Numbered from the whole stretch's first letter, positions 12,331 to 24,138 are shown. The stretch: DNA of 63,798 nucleotides, filler included, from Dirinaria sp. TL-2023a (GCA_051941275.1; 32 parts of 32 records of this genome joined end to end with filler, not necessarily neighbours in it); one strand, 5' to 3'. The notes: generated by a model from the letters alone, not told the origin. Translations and numbers: made by a program.

Positions 12331-12893
12331 AACAAGAGAATCGTTAATTCAGAGATTGATAGAGAGAGAAAGAGCGTCGAGTGCAAAGAGATCGTTCACG
12401 CTCGAGAGCGAGAACAGAGATCTTTTCATCTTCGCGAACTTTTTCAGAATTTTCATACGTTTCAATTTTTCGACATTTGACATTTCTTTATCAAACATTT
12501 TTTGTTTTTGACGACGAAGAAATCGTTTTTGTTGACGAAAACGCTTAAACTTAAATTTTTTATTACGAGCTAACTCGTTGACGATTTTTCACGCTGTCTC
12601 AGTCTTCAACTTCTCTCGTTTTAATTTTTTCATCGCACGATTCATCGCATCGAAACTAATCGACGATTTCACAGACTCGCATTTCTTGTCTGTACGAACA
12701 CATTTCTCACAACGCTTGAACAAGAAAAAAAGACGATATTTCTTTTGTTTGAAAGCACAACGACGACAGAAAATCATGTTAACGATTTCGTGTTTAAGAA
12801 TACGATTCGCAAAAATCTTATTGATACGAGATTTGACGAACGACATGAAGCATAATATTCTTTGAGATAAAAAACGAAAAAAGAAAAAAATGA

Positions 12894-13254
12894 TGTTACG
12901 ACTCTGAGACACGCGAGTGTCAAGAGATGATTATTAAACAAGAAATCACGTGTGAGTAACAAAAATAAATAATTCTTGACGCTGTCTATCGAAACTATCG
13001 TGACTAGACGAGTTAAACGAGTTAGACTGCTGTTTATCGTGTCTATCATAGCTAGAGATAAACAGAGTAAATCAGATAAACGATTGTCTATCATGACTAT
13101 CATAATCTATCACGATGTGTATATAAATTCGCGACGCGACGTTTTTACAGTATCGTGTTCAACATCTTTGCAATAACTATTTACTGCTCAGAGTAATTTG
13201 TATCTTGTCGTGATATTGCTATATCATCTCGAAGACATTCGTGATTTCTTGACA
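12894..13254 (+). mobile_element. 3' LTR of the chromovirus (approx. 361 bp)
   Basis: Purine tract AAAAAAGAAAAAAATGA immediately before TGTTACG; TATATAAA at ~13120; likely end ...TTCTTGACA; lies downstream of the chromodomain. Confidence 0.6.
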
Positions 13255-13458
13255 GATCTCTTCAACAGATCAAACCCTAGCACCTTTCCTGTTTAGGACC
13301 TAACTCTAGATATCAGATCGATAGGACGCAACAATGACGTGTGTTTTCTATGTTCTTATTGCCTTCATCTTCTAGACGTATATTTTAAGAGTTTTGTATG
13401 CGAACATAGAATTGTTGATTTCTAGTGCGAGTGCTTCGTCTTGAGTCATCAATTGATA

Positions 13459-13812
13459 TGTAACAGTGATATCTGATACATTGATATATATTGACCAATG
13501 CAGGCTAGCGCCGCTTGGCAGTCGGGGGTGCCCAGAGACAATTCTTCGGGGTCTGAAACATGGCTAGCGCCGTCTAGAAGTCAGCGTCGAAAGATTGAAT
13601 CTCGAGACTGACTAGAAGTCAGTGAGCAGTTGACGTTTATAGAGCATTGTGTTTACGAGCGCTCGTGATTCGTCAGCGCGAGACTCGTCATGATAAAACA
13701 ATGTTGACGCTCGCGATTAAGTATAAAGAATCACTCACTCTTTCGAAAAAAGATTCTTAATGATTAGTTCTAGCAGAAACTACAGTATCAAATAATCGTA
13801 TAATCTATTACA
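13459..13812. mobile_element. LTR of a further retroelement family, shared with the contig starting at 22229
   Basis: 13459-13516 is the reverse complement of 22229-22286 (two differences, both CC->TC/GG->GA); begins TGTAACA; the right boundary (..TTACA) is tentative. Confidence 0.5.
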
Positions 13813-14184
13813 CTGTCACGTCTTTCACATAAATACTACGCAGACGAGTAATCGACGCATACGATTTTACAATTTTAATCACTTCAATCTTTTTAAGAAA
13901 AAGACTCGAAGTGTAATAATGATGACGTTCTCGCGTGAAATGTCAAAATCTCAACAATCGAAAAACGATTTTAAAATCGTTCTGAATGATCGTTCGTTTC
14001 TCGTCGTCGCGATTTTATCAAATGACGCTGAGTCAAACAACATTTCGAATGTTTTACGAGATGAGTTCGCTCAACGCATTNNNNNNNNNNNNNNNNNNNN
14101 NNNNNNNNNNNNNNNNNNNNNNNNTTAATTAATTAANNNNNNNNNNNNNNNNNNNNNNNNNNNNNNNNNNNNNNNNNNNNTCAC

Positions 14185-14723
14185 TGTTAGAACCGGTGCA
14201 GAGCTCAGGTCAATGCAGGTATGATTAACTAAGGATATTATCACTAAGGAAGGAAAGAAGAAGAAGAGAAGCTAGATACAATGAGAGTCTCAGATATATA
14301 CGCGTGCGGGTGTCGCGTATCTCGATCGAGTTAGCGCATTATCCCTGAGAATCCTGAAAGATGTTGCCTCAGGTAGTATATCAGGTGCATGCTCGTAACA
14401 CTACCTCCCCCTTCAACAAGCCATTTCCTCATGACTTCATACAAGCCTTATTCATTGCGCATTGTAAGACGTTTGTGAAGGTCCAATTATCCTAGCAATC
14501 CAGTCCATAGTAAGGTGTTGTTGTAGATCCAATTCCTAGCGTTTGTATCATGTATGACGACTTCATTCTTCGCTAACTTTGTATTCTAATATTCTGACCA
14601 ATAGGTGTTGACTCTGCATCGATGTTGTGTGTCTTTTGTAGCAGATCTGCTGTGCGTGTTGACATTGTAGAAAAGTGCCTGTTGTAGCCGACTCGCTGTG
14701 TGTGTTTATTGTCTGCCGCGCAG
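14185..14723 (-). mobile_element. 3' end of an LTR element: 216-bp LTR (14185-14400), PPT (14401-14414) and non-coding internal sequence; left arm of an inverted repeat
   Basis: Reverse complement of 15244-15781; LTR reads TGTTAC...CTAACA and is preceded by GAAGGGGGAGGTAG on the minus strand. Confidence 0.85.
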
Positions 14724-15213
14724 TGTTACGACCCTGGAACACCTAAGTAGTAAGATAGGCACCAAGTCCCTTGACTTGGTTTAGTTAGTCTTTTGGCGCT
14801 GCCGGGACTTTTACCATTGAGAAACCTATCTAATCAAGATTGTGTCTTTGACATTAAACCAAGTCAACACGATCGCAAGATTCTGAGTTCGATTCTCAGC
14901 TCGAACGCTTGAAGGGTTTTCGAGTTTCGGCGAGAACTTGTGACTGAGAGCTTATCTAAGCTCGGGGCGATTACTGTTCTCTGTCAACAACACTTTAGAC
15001 TCTCTCTGAAATCTCGCGCGTCATGACTCGCTCTGATTAGTCTTGCTCATCGCGGAACGCGATTTCTCTAGAGAGAGAGGTAGTGTTACGACTCTGAAAC
15101 ACCTAAGTAGTAAGATAGGCACCAAGTCCCTTGACTTGTTTTAGTTAGTCTTTTGGCGCTGCCGGGACTTTTACCATTGGGAAACCTATCTAACCAAGGT
15201 TGGGTCTTTGACA
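14724..15213 (+). mobile_element. TRIM (terminal-repeat retrotransposon in miniature): 130-bp LTRs 14724-14853 and 15084-15213, 230-bp non-coding interior
   Basis: Direct repeats TGTTACGA...TTTGACA with 7 differences; PPT AGAGAGAGAGGTAG before the right LTR; post-LTR TAAACCAAGTCAA (14855-14867) is complementary to LTR 14771-14783. Confidence 0.85.
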
Positions 15214-15243
15214 TGCTCAATCGTCATAATCTTCTTCAAAGCC

Positions 15244-15781
15244 CTACGCGGCAGACAACAAACACACACAGCGAGTCGGCTACAACAGGCATTTTTCTAC
15301 AATGTCAACACTCACAGCAGGTCTGTTACAAAAGACACACAACATCGATGCAGAGTCAACATCTATTGATCAGAATATTAGGATACAAAGTTAGCGAAGA
15401 ATGAAGTCGTCATACATGATACAAACGCTAGGAATTGAATCTACAACAACATCTTACTATGAACTGAATTGCTAGAATAATTGGATCTTCACAAACGTCT
15501 TACAATGCGCAATGAATAAGGCTTGTATGAAGTCATGAGGACATGACTTGTTGAAGAAGAAGGTAGTGTTACGAGCATGCACCTGATATACTATCTGAGG
15601 CAACACCTCTCACAGTTCTCAGGGGTAATGCGCTAACTCGATCGAAATACGCGACACCCGCACGCGTATATATCTGAGACCCCATTGTATCTAGCTTCTC
15701 TTCTTCTTCTTTCCTTCCTTAGTGATAATATCCTTAGTTAACTATACCTGCATTGACCAGAGCTCTGCACCGGTTCTAACA
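15244..15781 (+). mobile_element. Second copy of the same LTR-element 3' end (LTR 15567-15781); right arm of the inverted repeat
   Basis: PPT GAAGAAGAAGGTAG then TGTTACGAGC...GGTTCTAACA; aligns to the reverse complement of 14185-14723. Confidence 0.85.
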
Positions 15782-18700
15782 GGAACGTCTACGCTACGCC
15801 GTCGAGAAACAGAGCACACTATCGAACACGCAGATGAGGGTCAGAAAACATCGATCGATGAACACAGCACTACAGCTCATAACGAAAAAAGTGCATACGA
15901 TATGAAGCGGAAACAAGAAACGTGTGATATCATTAATGAATCTGAACGTTTTCGAAGCATTCGATAACGTATCGCACGTCAGATTGCTTCACAATATGCG
16001 CAAACGAAAAATACCGACACGTTTGTTGACATGAGTGAAAAACTTTCTGAAAAAACGTCGAATCACACTGATTATTGACGACTACACGCAAGCGNNNNNN
16101 NNNNNNNNNNNNNNNNNNNNNNNNNNNNNNNNNNNNNNTTAATTAATTAANNNNNNNNNNNNNNNNNNNNNNNNNNNNNNNNNNNNNNNNNNNNCTTCTG
16201 GGGGCTTCAGGTTGCTGGTAAAAACTTTACCAAGATGTATTATTGCCGGAACCCAGGATCCCAAATACAGTAAACAAACCTCCTATCAACAAAAGGCCAG
16301 AACCGCGGGAGGGGTTCAGAACGTGCTTTCCAACCACTTAACCTGTCCATCGGGAGTGCGATATCATCATCATGCGTCGCGAATATCCGCCAATGGTACA
16401 TCCACCCAACGTATGCAGGGCCCGCTTCCGAAAAAGAAAAGGAGGACCTGCAACTTGACTGCAAGGCCTTGATCACTCGGTAACCAGCCGGAGGGCAGAG
16501 TGATCCCCCCCCCCACGGAACTCCTGTACGATAATCGAGATATATGTGGTGGAAAGTACCTATAGAGCTCCTGCACGAACAACGGGGAAAAAAGCCAACC
16601 GTCGTTGCAGGATCCGGAAACCCGACTGGTGTCGAATGCGATTCTTCGCTTCACCCCGTACCACTGTTACCTTCCCTCCGCACGTTTTAGCCACATACTG
16701 CGTACTGCCCGTACTGCTTACTCCTTCCAATGGATACGCGCAAGTGTATCACCATTTCTTCCTCTCCCCCACATCATCGAAATCAAATCTGCGTCTTTCT
16801 TAACTGGGAAGAAAAAGAACAAAGAAAAAGAAAAGAAAAGAAAAGAAAAGCAAAGCGCTCCCCACTGGCCAGTCCTAATGCAGTCCCTCCCGATGGATCT
16901 TATTTATCGCGAGTGATGAGAACGAGATAGTGGCGAAAAGCGCAAGCGCAAGCACAAGCACTGCTGGTGCTGGCCAGAGGAAATACCGAATGATCAATAG
17001 TAATGCGTATGGTACAGTAAATTTGAATTCCTCCGGTCGTCGTCCAGGGTACTCGTACTGGTTTTACTAGCGCCCGCGCTTTTTTCCACCCCAACCTTAA
17101 CCGCTGCGATGCTGCTCTGCAATGGAACATGCCTTCCTTTCCTACTACCGTCCTAACCGCTAAGGTCATGTACCTAAGTACATTACCTGAAAAGAACAGG
17201 GGTAGGTCAAGTGGATACTTAGGAAGAGAGCCAGAGAGCGAGATAGAGAGACTTAGGTAGTGCTAGACTGCTAGCAGCAGCAAAAGCAAATGAGAACTGA
17301 GCCGAGGCTTTTATGCTTTCTTCTTTTTCCCCCCTTTTCTCTTATTCTTCGAATTTAAACCCGCCAAAGTCTTTTTCGCAGAAGGATTCATATCTACCGT
17401 CCGTACATACATGTAAGATCTTACATTACGAAATTGCCATCCCCCATCTTCCCTACCTGCTTTGCCTCGGCTTCTTGCTTCTGAGAGGTACGAGTACACT
17501 ATGTATGTACATAGTAGGTGATGATACCATCCCTACCTTATTTGTCTTCCTCCTCTTGGCATCATCGATCAATGATTTCTCGTCCTTCATCTTCATCTTT
17601 TTATCTCCAAGGATGGGGAACAGCTAGCTACTTCTACACATACTTGTATACAAGACTTCGGTGATACTGTTTCTTTTCTTTTCTTTTTTTTTTTTGGAGG
17701 ACATTCAAGTGTCATCGCAACAGCATGGTATATCCCTCTGCGTGGTATATAGAGTCCCCCATACACCACCACCAAAAAAAAAAGGAGTAAAGAAACCTCC
17801 CCATCCGCACAATAAATCCCCAAAACACACGCGCACACACACTCTTTTTCTATTCCATTCCCTCCGAGTATGAGTGCTTTGATCTAGCCCTTCATCTATC
17901 CTCTTAATCCAGGTCTTCATTTCGCTCTTCTCATCTCTTTACTCTGTAACATATATATAATTCTTAACGTCCGTCTGTTTTTCTAATTCTCCTTCTTTCT
18001 TCCTTCCTTCCTTCCTTCCTTCCTTTCTTTTTTTTTTCCCCCCCCCAGAATGCATGTAAAGAATGGTATTAATTTTAGCTTTTAAAATGCAGGTAATTGC
18101 TTAAAAGNNNNNNNNNNNNNNNNNNNNNNNNNNNNNNNNNNNNNNNNNNNNTTAATTAATTAANNNNNNNNNNNNNNNNNNNNNNNNNNNNNNNNNNNNN
18201 NNNNNNNAAAAAAAAAAAAAAAAAAAAAAAACAGGTTCAACGAGTTGGCATCATGAAATGGCTTTACATTCGCCATTTGCCAGAATCACCGAAAGCTCAA
18301 TTCTTGATCTAAGCCAAAGCGATAATACGGATTTGGAGTGAATCGTTGGCCATTCTGGGTCTATCAACAGATATTGCCGGCAGACTCGAAGAAGAGGAGA
18401 AGAAAGTATCCACAGATATCCTTGCCACTACCAACCCAACTTGTCCATTGAATATCATAGAACCTGGTGCAGGCCTCAAATCTTCAGTTAGCCTCACAAG
18501 CTTTGGAGAAAGTGAAAGAATCTCAAATTGAAGCATCCTTATCGGATCGAGAAGATAACGATATTCTAATCAAGTACAGATAAACAGATACCAATGGAGC
18601 ATAGCAGGTCGAATCAAGGTTCCGTAGGGATATACACGCGCTGAGCACAGGTGGTCCTTCGGAAGAAAACTCAAAATTCTGTAAATCCCACAATATCCTT

Positions 18701-20287
18701 TATGTTTGATGTGAGGAGACGAACAGCCGGAATAGCAATCATTAGCTTCAAGGGTTATGCTCAGGCACTGATGGAACAGCTAAGGCTCAGATAATCCTCG
18801 CTCTGAAACGATGTCGTGTGAAGAGATTCAACAAAAATAGATTGTCAAAGCTCGGCTGACGAAACACTGTTTTCACTTTTCACAAAGCAAATTTCCACGC
18901 TGGTACGATCAATCAAGCCTAGAACCAAATATTTACTACTCGAACCAGAAGAGTTTAGGAATATTGACTTACTCAATAATGACATCTGGACGATTTTTAT
19001 CATAATATTTACACTTTCGAAGCTTTAAGGACGGAAGAACATATTCTTGAAGATATCAACAATCAGACCCAGCGATATATGCCATCAAAAAGATCTCAGA
19101 AATCAAGGCAATCGAGCTACCGTCAGAAATTCAATTCAGAAGAATTTCAAGGACTAAGTCCACCTTCACAAAACATACCGAAGCCGATGGTCGAGTACAA
19201 CGGTCTTTCAATTTAATTTCTGCCAGCCTTTAATTTGAACTTTTCCTCTTTTTACGTCCAGCCTGACGTGGGAAACCGTCGGAAACTGGTTTATAAAATA
19301 TTGGACCATTGTCAGCAATGAAAGAGGGGAGCATAGATCCTTTGAGTCTCAGGAGAGTTGAGATCTTGCATCTGAAACCGCTTTGGAGTTTCTAATTCTT
19401 CTCCTACTAGCATTCGTGAAAATCAAACTTCTTTGACGACCTCGAGCACATGTCCGTGCTTGGTCGACTCCGCCGAAGTATATCAGATCTAAGAGAAATT
19501 TCAAGACTCGCAACTACCGCAGAAGCCTTCATTGCAGATGACGTTTGCACGTACTAAAAGAGCAATAAAGAGAGGAGAAATTTCTCTAGAGGAATTTGGC
19601 TTGATGAAACAAACCCGAGGAGGATGGACAAATTCTTGAAAGGGACCTAAGGAATCGAAAAGAGGGCCACAAAAATGTTCCATTACTATCCGATTAGAAG
19701 AAAGTAAACAAAACTGAATTCAAAAACCTAACCCTCAGAACACTAGCTCATTGCGTTTGCTTCGACTACGAAGAGCATCTGAGCTCTGAGAAGGCAGGGA
19801 AAGGATTCTCGCACACGCGGGAAATCAAAAACTATCTCTGTGGCGTGTATGCATTTAGCTGAGTAACTTTAGATGAAGGAATCTGTCAACAGTGATATCG
19901 AATGAGATTATGCGCTTCACACACAGAAGGAGGCGGCGGATACTAGTACAAGTTGTCGAACATCATACGCAGAATTGAACGACTGTCAACGGTAATAGCT
20001 GCAATGAAAAACCTTGTGAGAATTCTGCTGCAACAATGCAGCATGACATGAGAGTACAAGTCTCTGCGACGGTGCGAATTTCTCGAGCACGAAAGCGCCT
20101 ACGCCGTACCCATGAACANNNNNNNNNNNNNNNNNNNNNNNNNNNNNNNNNNNNNNNNNNNNTTAATTAATTAANNNNNNNNNNNNNNNNNNNNNNNNNN
20201 NNNNNNNNNNNNNNNNNNCTTTTCCCCTATGATGATGCCCTTCCATGACCATGACGCCGAAATTTTACTAACATACGAGAAACAAAG

Positions 20288-20641
20288 GTGTCCGCGCTCT
20301 CCATATTCAACACCGTTCAAAGCTTCCTCACTCTCGTCTTCACCCGCCGTGTCTATGCCGGCGCTGCGAGTAAGGTCAATGTAACACCGCTGTCTTCCCG
20401 CCTCTTTGGCACTTGGACCTTCCTCTCCTGCATCATCCGGTGGTATGCGGCCTATCATGTCGAGAACCAAGCACTGTATACTGCCGCCCTCTGGACGTTC
20501 GCGATTGCGCTGTTCCACTTCTCGAGCGAGTGGTTGGTGTATGGCACCATGGAGTTTGGGACGGGCATTCTGCCGTCGCTGATCGTGGCGACGGTGAGCC
20601 TGATATGGATGACCATGCAGTGGGACTTCTATGTCGCTTAG
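20288..20641 (+). CDS. ERG28: Ergosterol biosynthesis protein Erg28, last exon (5' exon off-contig)
   Basis: VSALSIFNTVQSF...VTPLSSRLFGTWTFLSCIIRWYAAY...LFHFSSEWLVYGT...SLIWM..QWDFY is the Erg28 signature; upstream TACTAAC branch site and AAG acceptor. Confidence 0.92.
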   Translation: MSALSIFNTVQSFLTLVFTRRVYAGAASKVNVTPLSSRLFGTWTFLSCIIRWYAAYHVENQALYTAALWTFAIALFHFSSEWLVYGTMEFGTGILPSLIVATVSLIWMTMQWDFYVA

Positions 20642-22228
20642 GAAATTCTGACGACTCTGTCTAGTTGAAAGGGACAGGCAGAGCTTATGGTCTTGAAGAT
20701 CTCGCAGTTCTTTTTTGCGTGATCGTCGTGATAAGATTCTCGAATTGCAAGCATACTCCGCTGTCAAATTGGATACTCTAAGAGCGTGGGATTATAGGGA
20801 GATGAATGGGATGCTGAATTACATCGAGCGGTTTCAATAGGATTAGTGGGATAGTACCTTGCTCGGGTTCACATATTAATGCATTATCTTCCGGGGAAGT
20901 GTATGAGCATGGCTTGAATTAAGTGGCTTAGTAGATCATCATTTTTAGCAATATCAATGCCTTACTAAGATTGAATAATGACGAGATCAAATCCGGAGAA
21001 AATGGTGTGGTGTGACCCTTCTCAATGGAACCCTCCGAAATTGTGGCACTTGATTCCTCAGCTCTGTGAGAGGGTCTGTCTTCGGGCATGGCGGATAATC
21101 CTCTACTTCAGCTCTGGACTTCGATCCTGAGCCTTCCTCTTAAGCTTTCAAGCTTTTCCTCTTTGATGCTCGAGATGTAGACTTTTCATCACTGAGTTAC
21201 GTGTGCTTCCGCTGCTGGACTCAGTCTCCGCTACGCTCAGTGTTTCTGCTATTCATGTGCGACACATGTCAGTATAACATTCAACATGCCGGCACGCTCC
21301 TTAATTCCTTCCCTCCCCCCCCCGTACACGCGCAGTCAGTCCCAAAACCCACATATCAGAAAAGTGTCAATGATATCAATTTCCATCTATCAATCAAATC
21401 CTCCTCAAACTTCTACCATCTCCGAATTAAATCCATCTGTTTTCCCTGCACGCAATTATTCAAGCAAACAACATTATAATAGACAGACGCTAGAAAAACA
21501 GAAGACGGCTTTGCAGTTCGAGTGCTGGAGTATTGAGTTGTGGATCGTGGAAAAAGATATTGGTAGATGACTGTAAGGAGTGGTGATTGTGTATGTAGAA
21601 GGAAGGAATTGGAGGGGTTGAGGTTTTTTGTGGTATATAGGTGTAGGATGAGGGTTGGCGAGTATTTGAGGATCTTTTTTGTATATATGGAAAAAAAAGG
21701 AGGGGGGGCTGTTCTGAAATGTCAGGCTACAGGGACTTTGCTCGATGAATGGAGGAGGAGATGAAATGAGGCAGCCAGCCAGGCGAACAGCGAGGCAGGC
21801 AGGCAGGCAGGCAGAATCAAAATAATGTTTCGTGTTTTTTTTTTTTTGGGATAGATGTCATGAATCATTAGTGTGGGTTTAAAAAGTAAACGCGTTCCCT
21901 ATCCAGAGACAGAGACCAGAGCATTGAATGAGATTCGTGCTTTATGAGTTGAGTAGCGCTATTCAATGATGACTGTAAAATGGAGACAAGGGTGAGTCGT
22001 GTTCGCTGTACGCTAGCTAAAGCGGCTGTTTTTAAAATGTATGCCTGAGATTGGGTAGGGCGGCAGACGGGCTCGGGTTGAAGAGGAGTCTACGGAAAGA
22101 ATTGTGTTGGAAATGCAAATATTCTGATNNNNNNNNNNNNNNNNNNNNNNNNNNNNNNNNNNNNNNNNNNNNTTAATTAATTAANNNNNNNNNNNNNNNN
22201 NNNNNNNNNNNNNNNNNNNNNNNNNNNN

Positions 22229-22286
22229 AAGCGGCGCTAGCCTGCATTGGTCAATATATACCAATGTATCAGGTATCACTGTTACA
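22229..22286. mobile_element. Terminal 58 bp of an LTR (same family as 13459-13516)
   Basis: Near-identical reverse complement of 13459-13516; homology ends at ...TGTTACA. Confidence 0.6.
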
Positions 22287-23016
22287 GTCACAGAGTGCGT
22301 ACCCGTAGCATTCTTCTGATCTGGCAATTAGAAAATGAAAGTAAGTCTTTTGGTTCTCTCGGTGTTCAAGCTAAATCTTTAAACGATCAGGAATGGGTGC
22401 AGAAATGGATGGATCAGATTTTGAATGAGGACAAGGGTCAATACGTAGATTCAAATATTCCTCTCGGGTCGCTCTCTAGAAAGCATATTGCTTATGAAAA
22501 ATAGATCCTCCGTGTCACATTATATGTTCATCATGAATTCGAAAGCACAGCAATCTTCTACGGAACCTCCGAAGAGTATGATCAACATTCGAGCATTGAT
22601 AAATTCTACGGAAAATCGGATCTTGAGAGACTAATTGAGCGTGAGATCGAGCGGGAGGTGATGAATAACGAAGATCAGTTGCTCGTCACAAGTATGTACT
22701 ATTCTACTCACAAATGTCTAGTGTCTCACACTTAGAAATAGCCTCGATTGAGAGCGACATGCAGATTGAAATTCAGACGCTAGTTATCTCTCATCTTCGA
22801 CGTAATGTCAAATCGATTCACTTGACTTTTCGATCTCGAGAGCATCAGAGTTTTTGAGCACCGAGGCTGGAAGTACGACATCGAGGTCTTGTATAGATAG
22901 CTTATCAATCGACAATTCTTCATGTCGATGATAGAGTGTGTTTAGCTTCTCGATATGTCTGCTCTAGAACTGTGCTCTCTCAATCTTGCTTCTGTTACGA
23001 GCCTGGCTCTCACTGT

Positions 23017-24138
23017 TGTTACCCGGGTCATTTTCTACAAGGTTTTTGTGTGTGGTGTTGAGTTTTGACCTGATCGGGGTTAGCGCATCCGAAGTGGTGG
23101 TCGGTCCGGCCGATCAGGGTCCAACGCCCACATATTCATATTATGCCTGGTTTCAGTTCATAGATTTCTTTTCTTCTTCATGCTTTGTGTATTTAGTTGA
23201 TAGTATCTGCATAGATCATACATTCTGCATCGATCCTGACATTACACAAAGCATTAAACCTCTTACCTCGTTTTGCAATTGTACGAGTTTCAAACAATCG
23301 CAACAACATCTGTGTCATCATCTACAATTGAACTGAACACTGTTGTTTACACATCTTACTCTTTGCTCTCGTTGTTTCGCGAGATAAAAAGAAAGAAATA
23401 CGATTTGATTGATGATATCAGCAATGATTAAAGACGTCAACGAGAAAGCACAGACGTAACAGACGCAAACACATGCTCAGACTCAGAAGCAGAAAAAAGA
23501 AAAGACGTCGACGCGACAACTGCTATCGAAGTTCTCAGATGAGTTGACAATGACGTCTCAGCAACGCATGACTTGATTATTGAAGAAGACAGAAAAACGA
23601 CGCGTATCGATGATGTCAGATACTACTCTCGCAGAGTCAGAAGAAGCAAACACTTCGAAGAATATACATACGATCTCACAGTTACAATTCTGAGTAAATA
23701 AACGCTCTGTTGAGATGCTAAACTCGATGAAAATGAGTCGTCTGAAACGCGATACTGCTCTTCATTGCGTCGACGATTGAAATGAGCTAGTTAAGAAACG
23801 AGACGAGATCAATGATATTGTCATCGAGACTCAAGATCGTCATAATCAGTTTCGAGAGAAAGTCAATAAATGATGAAACGATTGAAGTAAACTACAGATC
23901 AGACACGATCGTGCGAAGAACGAGAATGCTCGTCTGAATGAGAAAAATAATCAACTAAAAGTCGAAAACGAACGATTGAATGTAGAGCTCGCTGTCGCTC
24001 GTACTCAACGCGAAGTATCTCAGAGTGTCGATTTATTGAGAGTTGAAAACGAACGATTGACTGCGAAGCTCGCTGTCGCTCGCGCACAACGTGAAGTATC
24101 GCAGAACGAAGTATCTCATGTCTCTCAAATAAACAGTC
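23017..24138 (+). mobile_element. 5' LTR (23017-23241), self-priming PBS and hypermutated gag-like coiled-coil region of a Ty3/Gypsy element, apparently nested in another LTR starting at 22993
   Basis: TGTTACCC...CCTGACA; TACACAAAGCAT (23243-23254) is complementary to LTR 23180-23191; downstream CC/GG-free frame with the repeat VENERLxxxLAVARxQREVSQ. Confidence 0.7.

Noticed and set aside
16195..18107. Many short ORFs and purine/pyrimidine tracts
   Set aside because: Low-complexity, UTR- or promoter-like sequence with no supportable coding or RNA gene.
18232..20118. Fragmentary coding-like frames (e.g. 18346-18531)
   Set aside because: Possibly an old pseudogene, but there is no recognisable motif or consistent frame to support a call.
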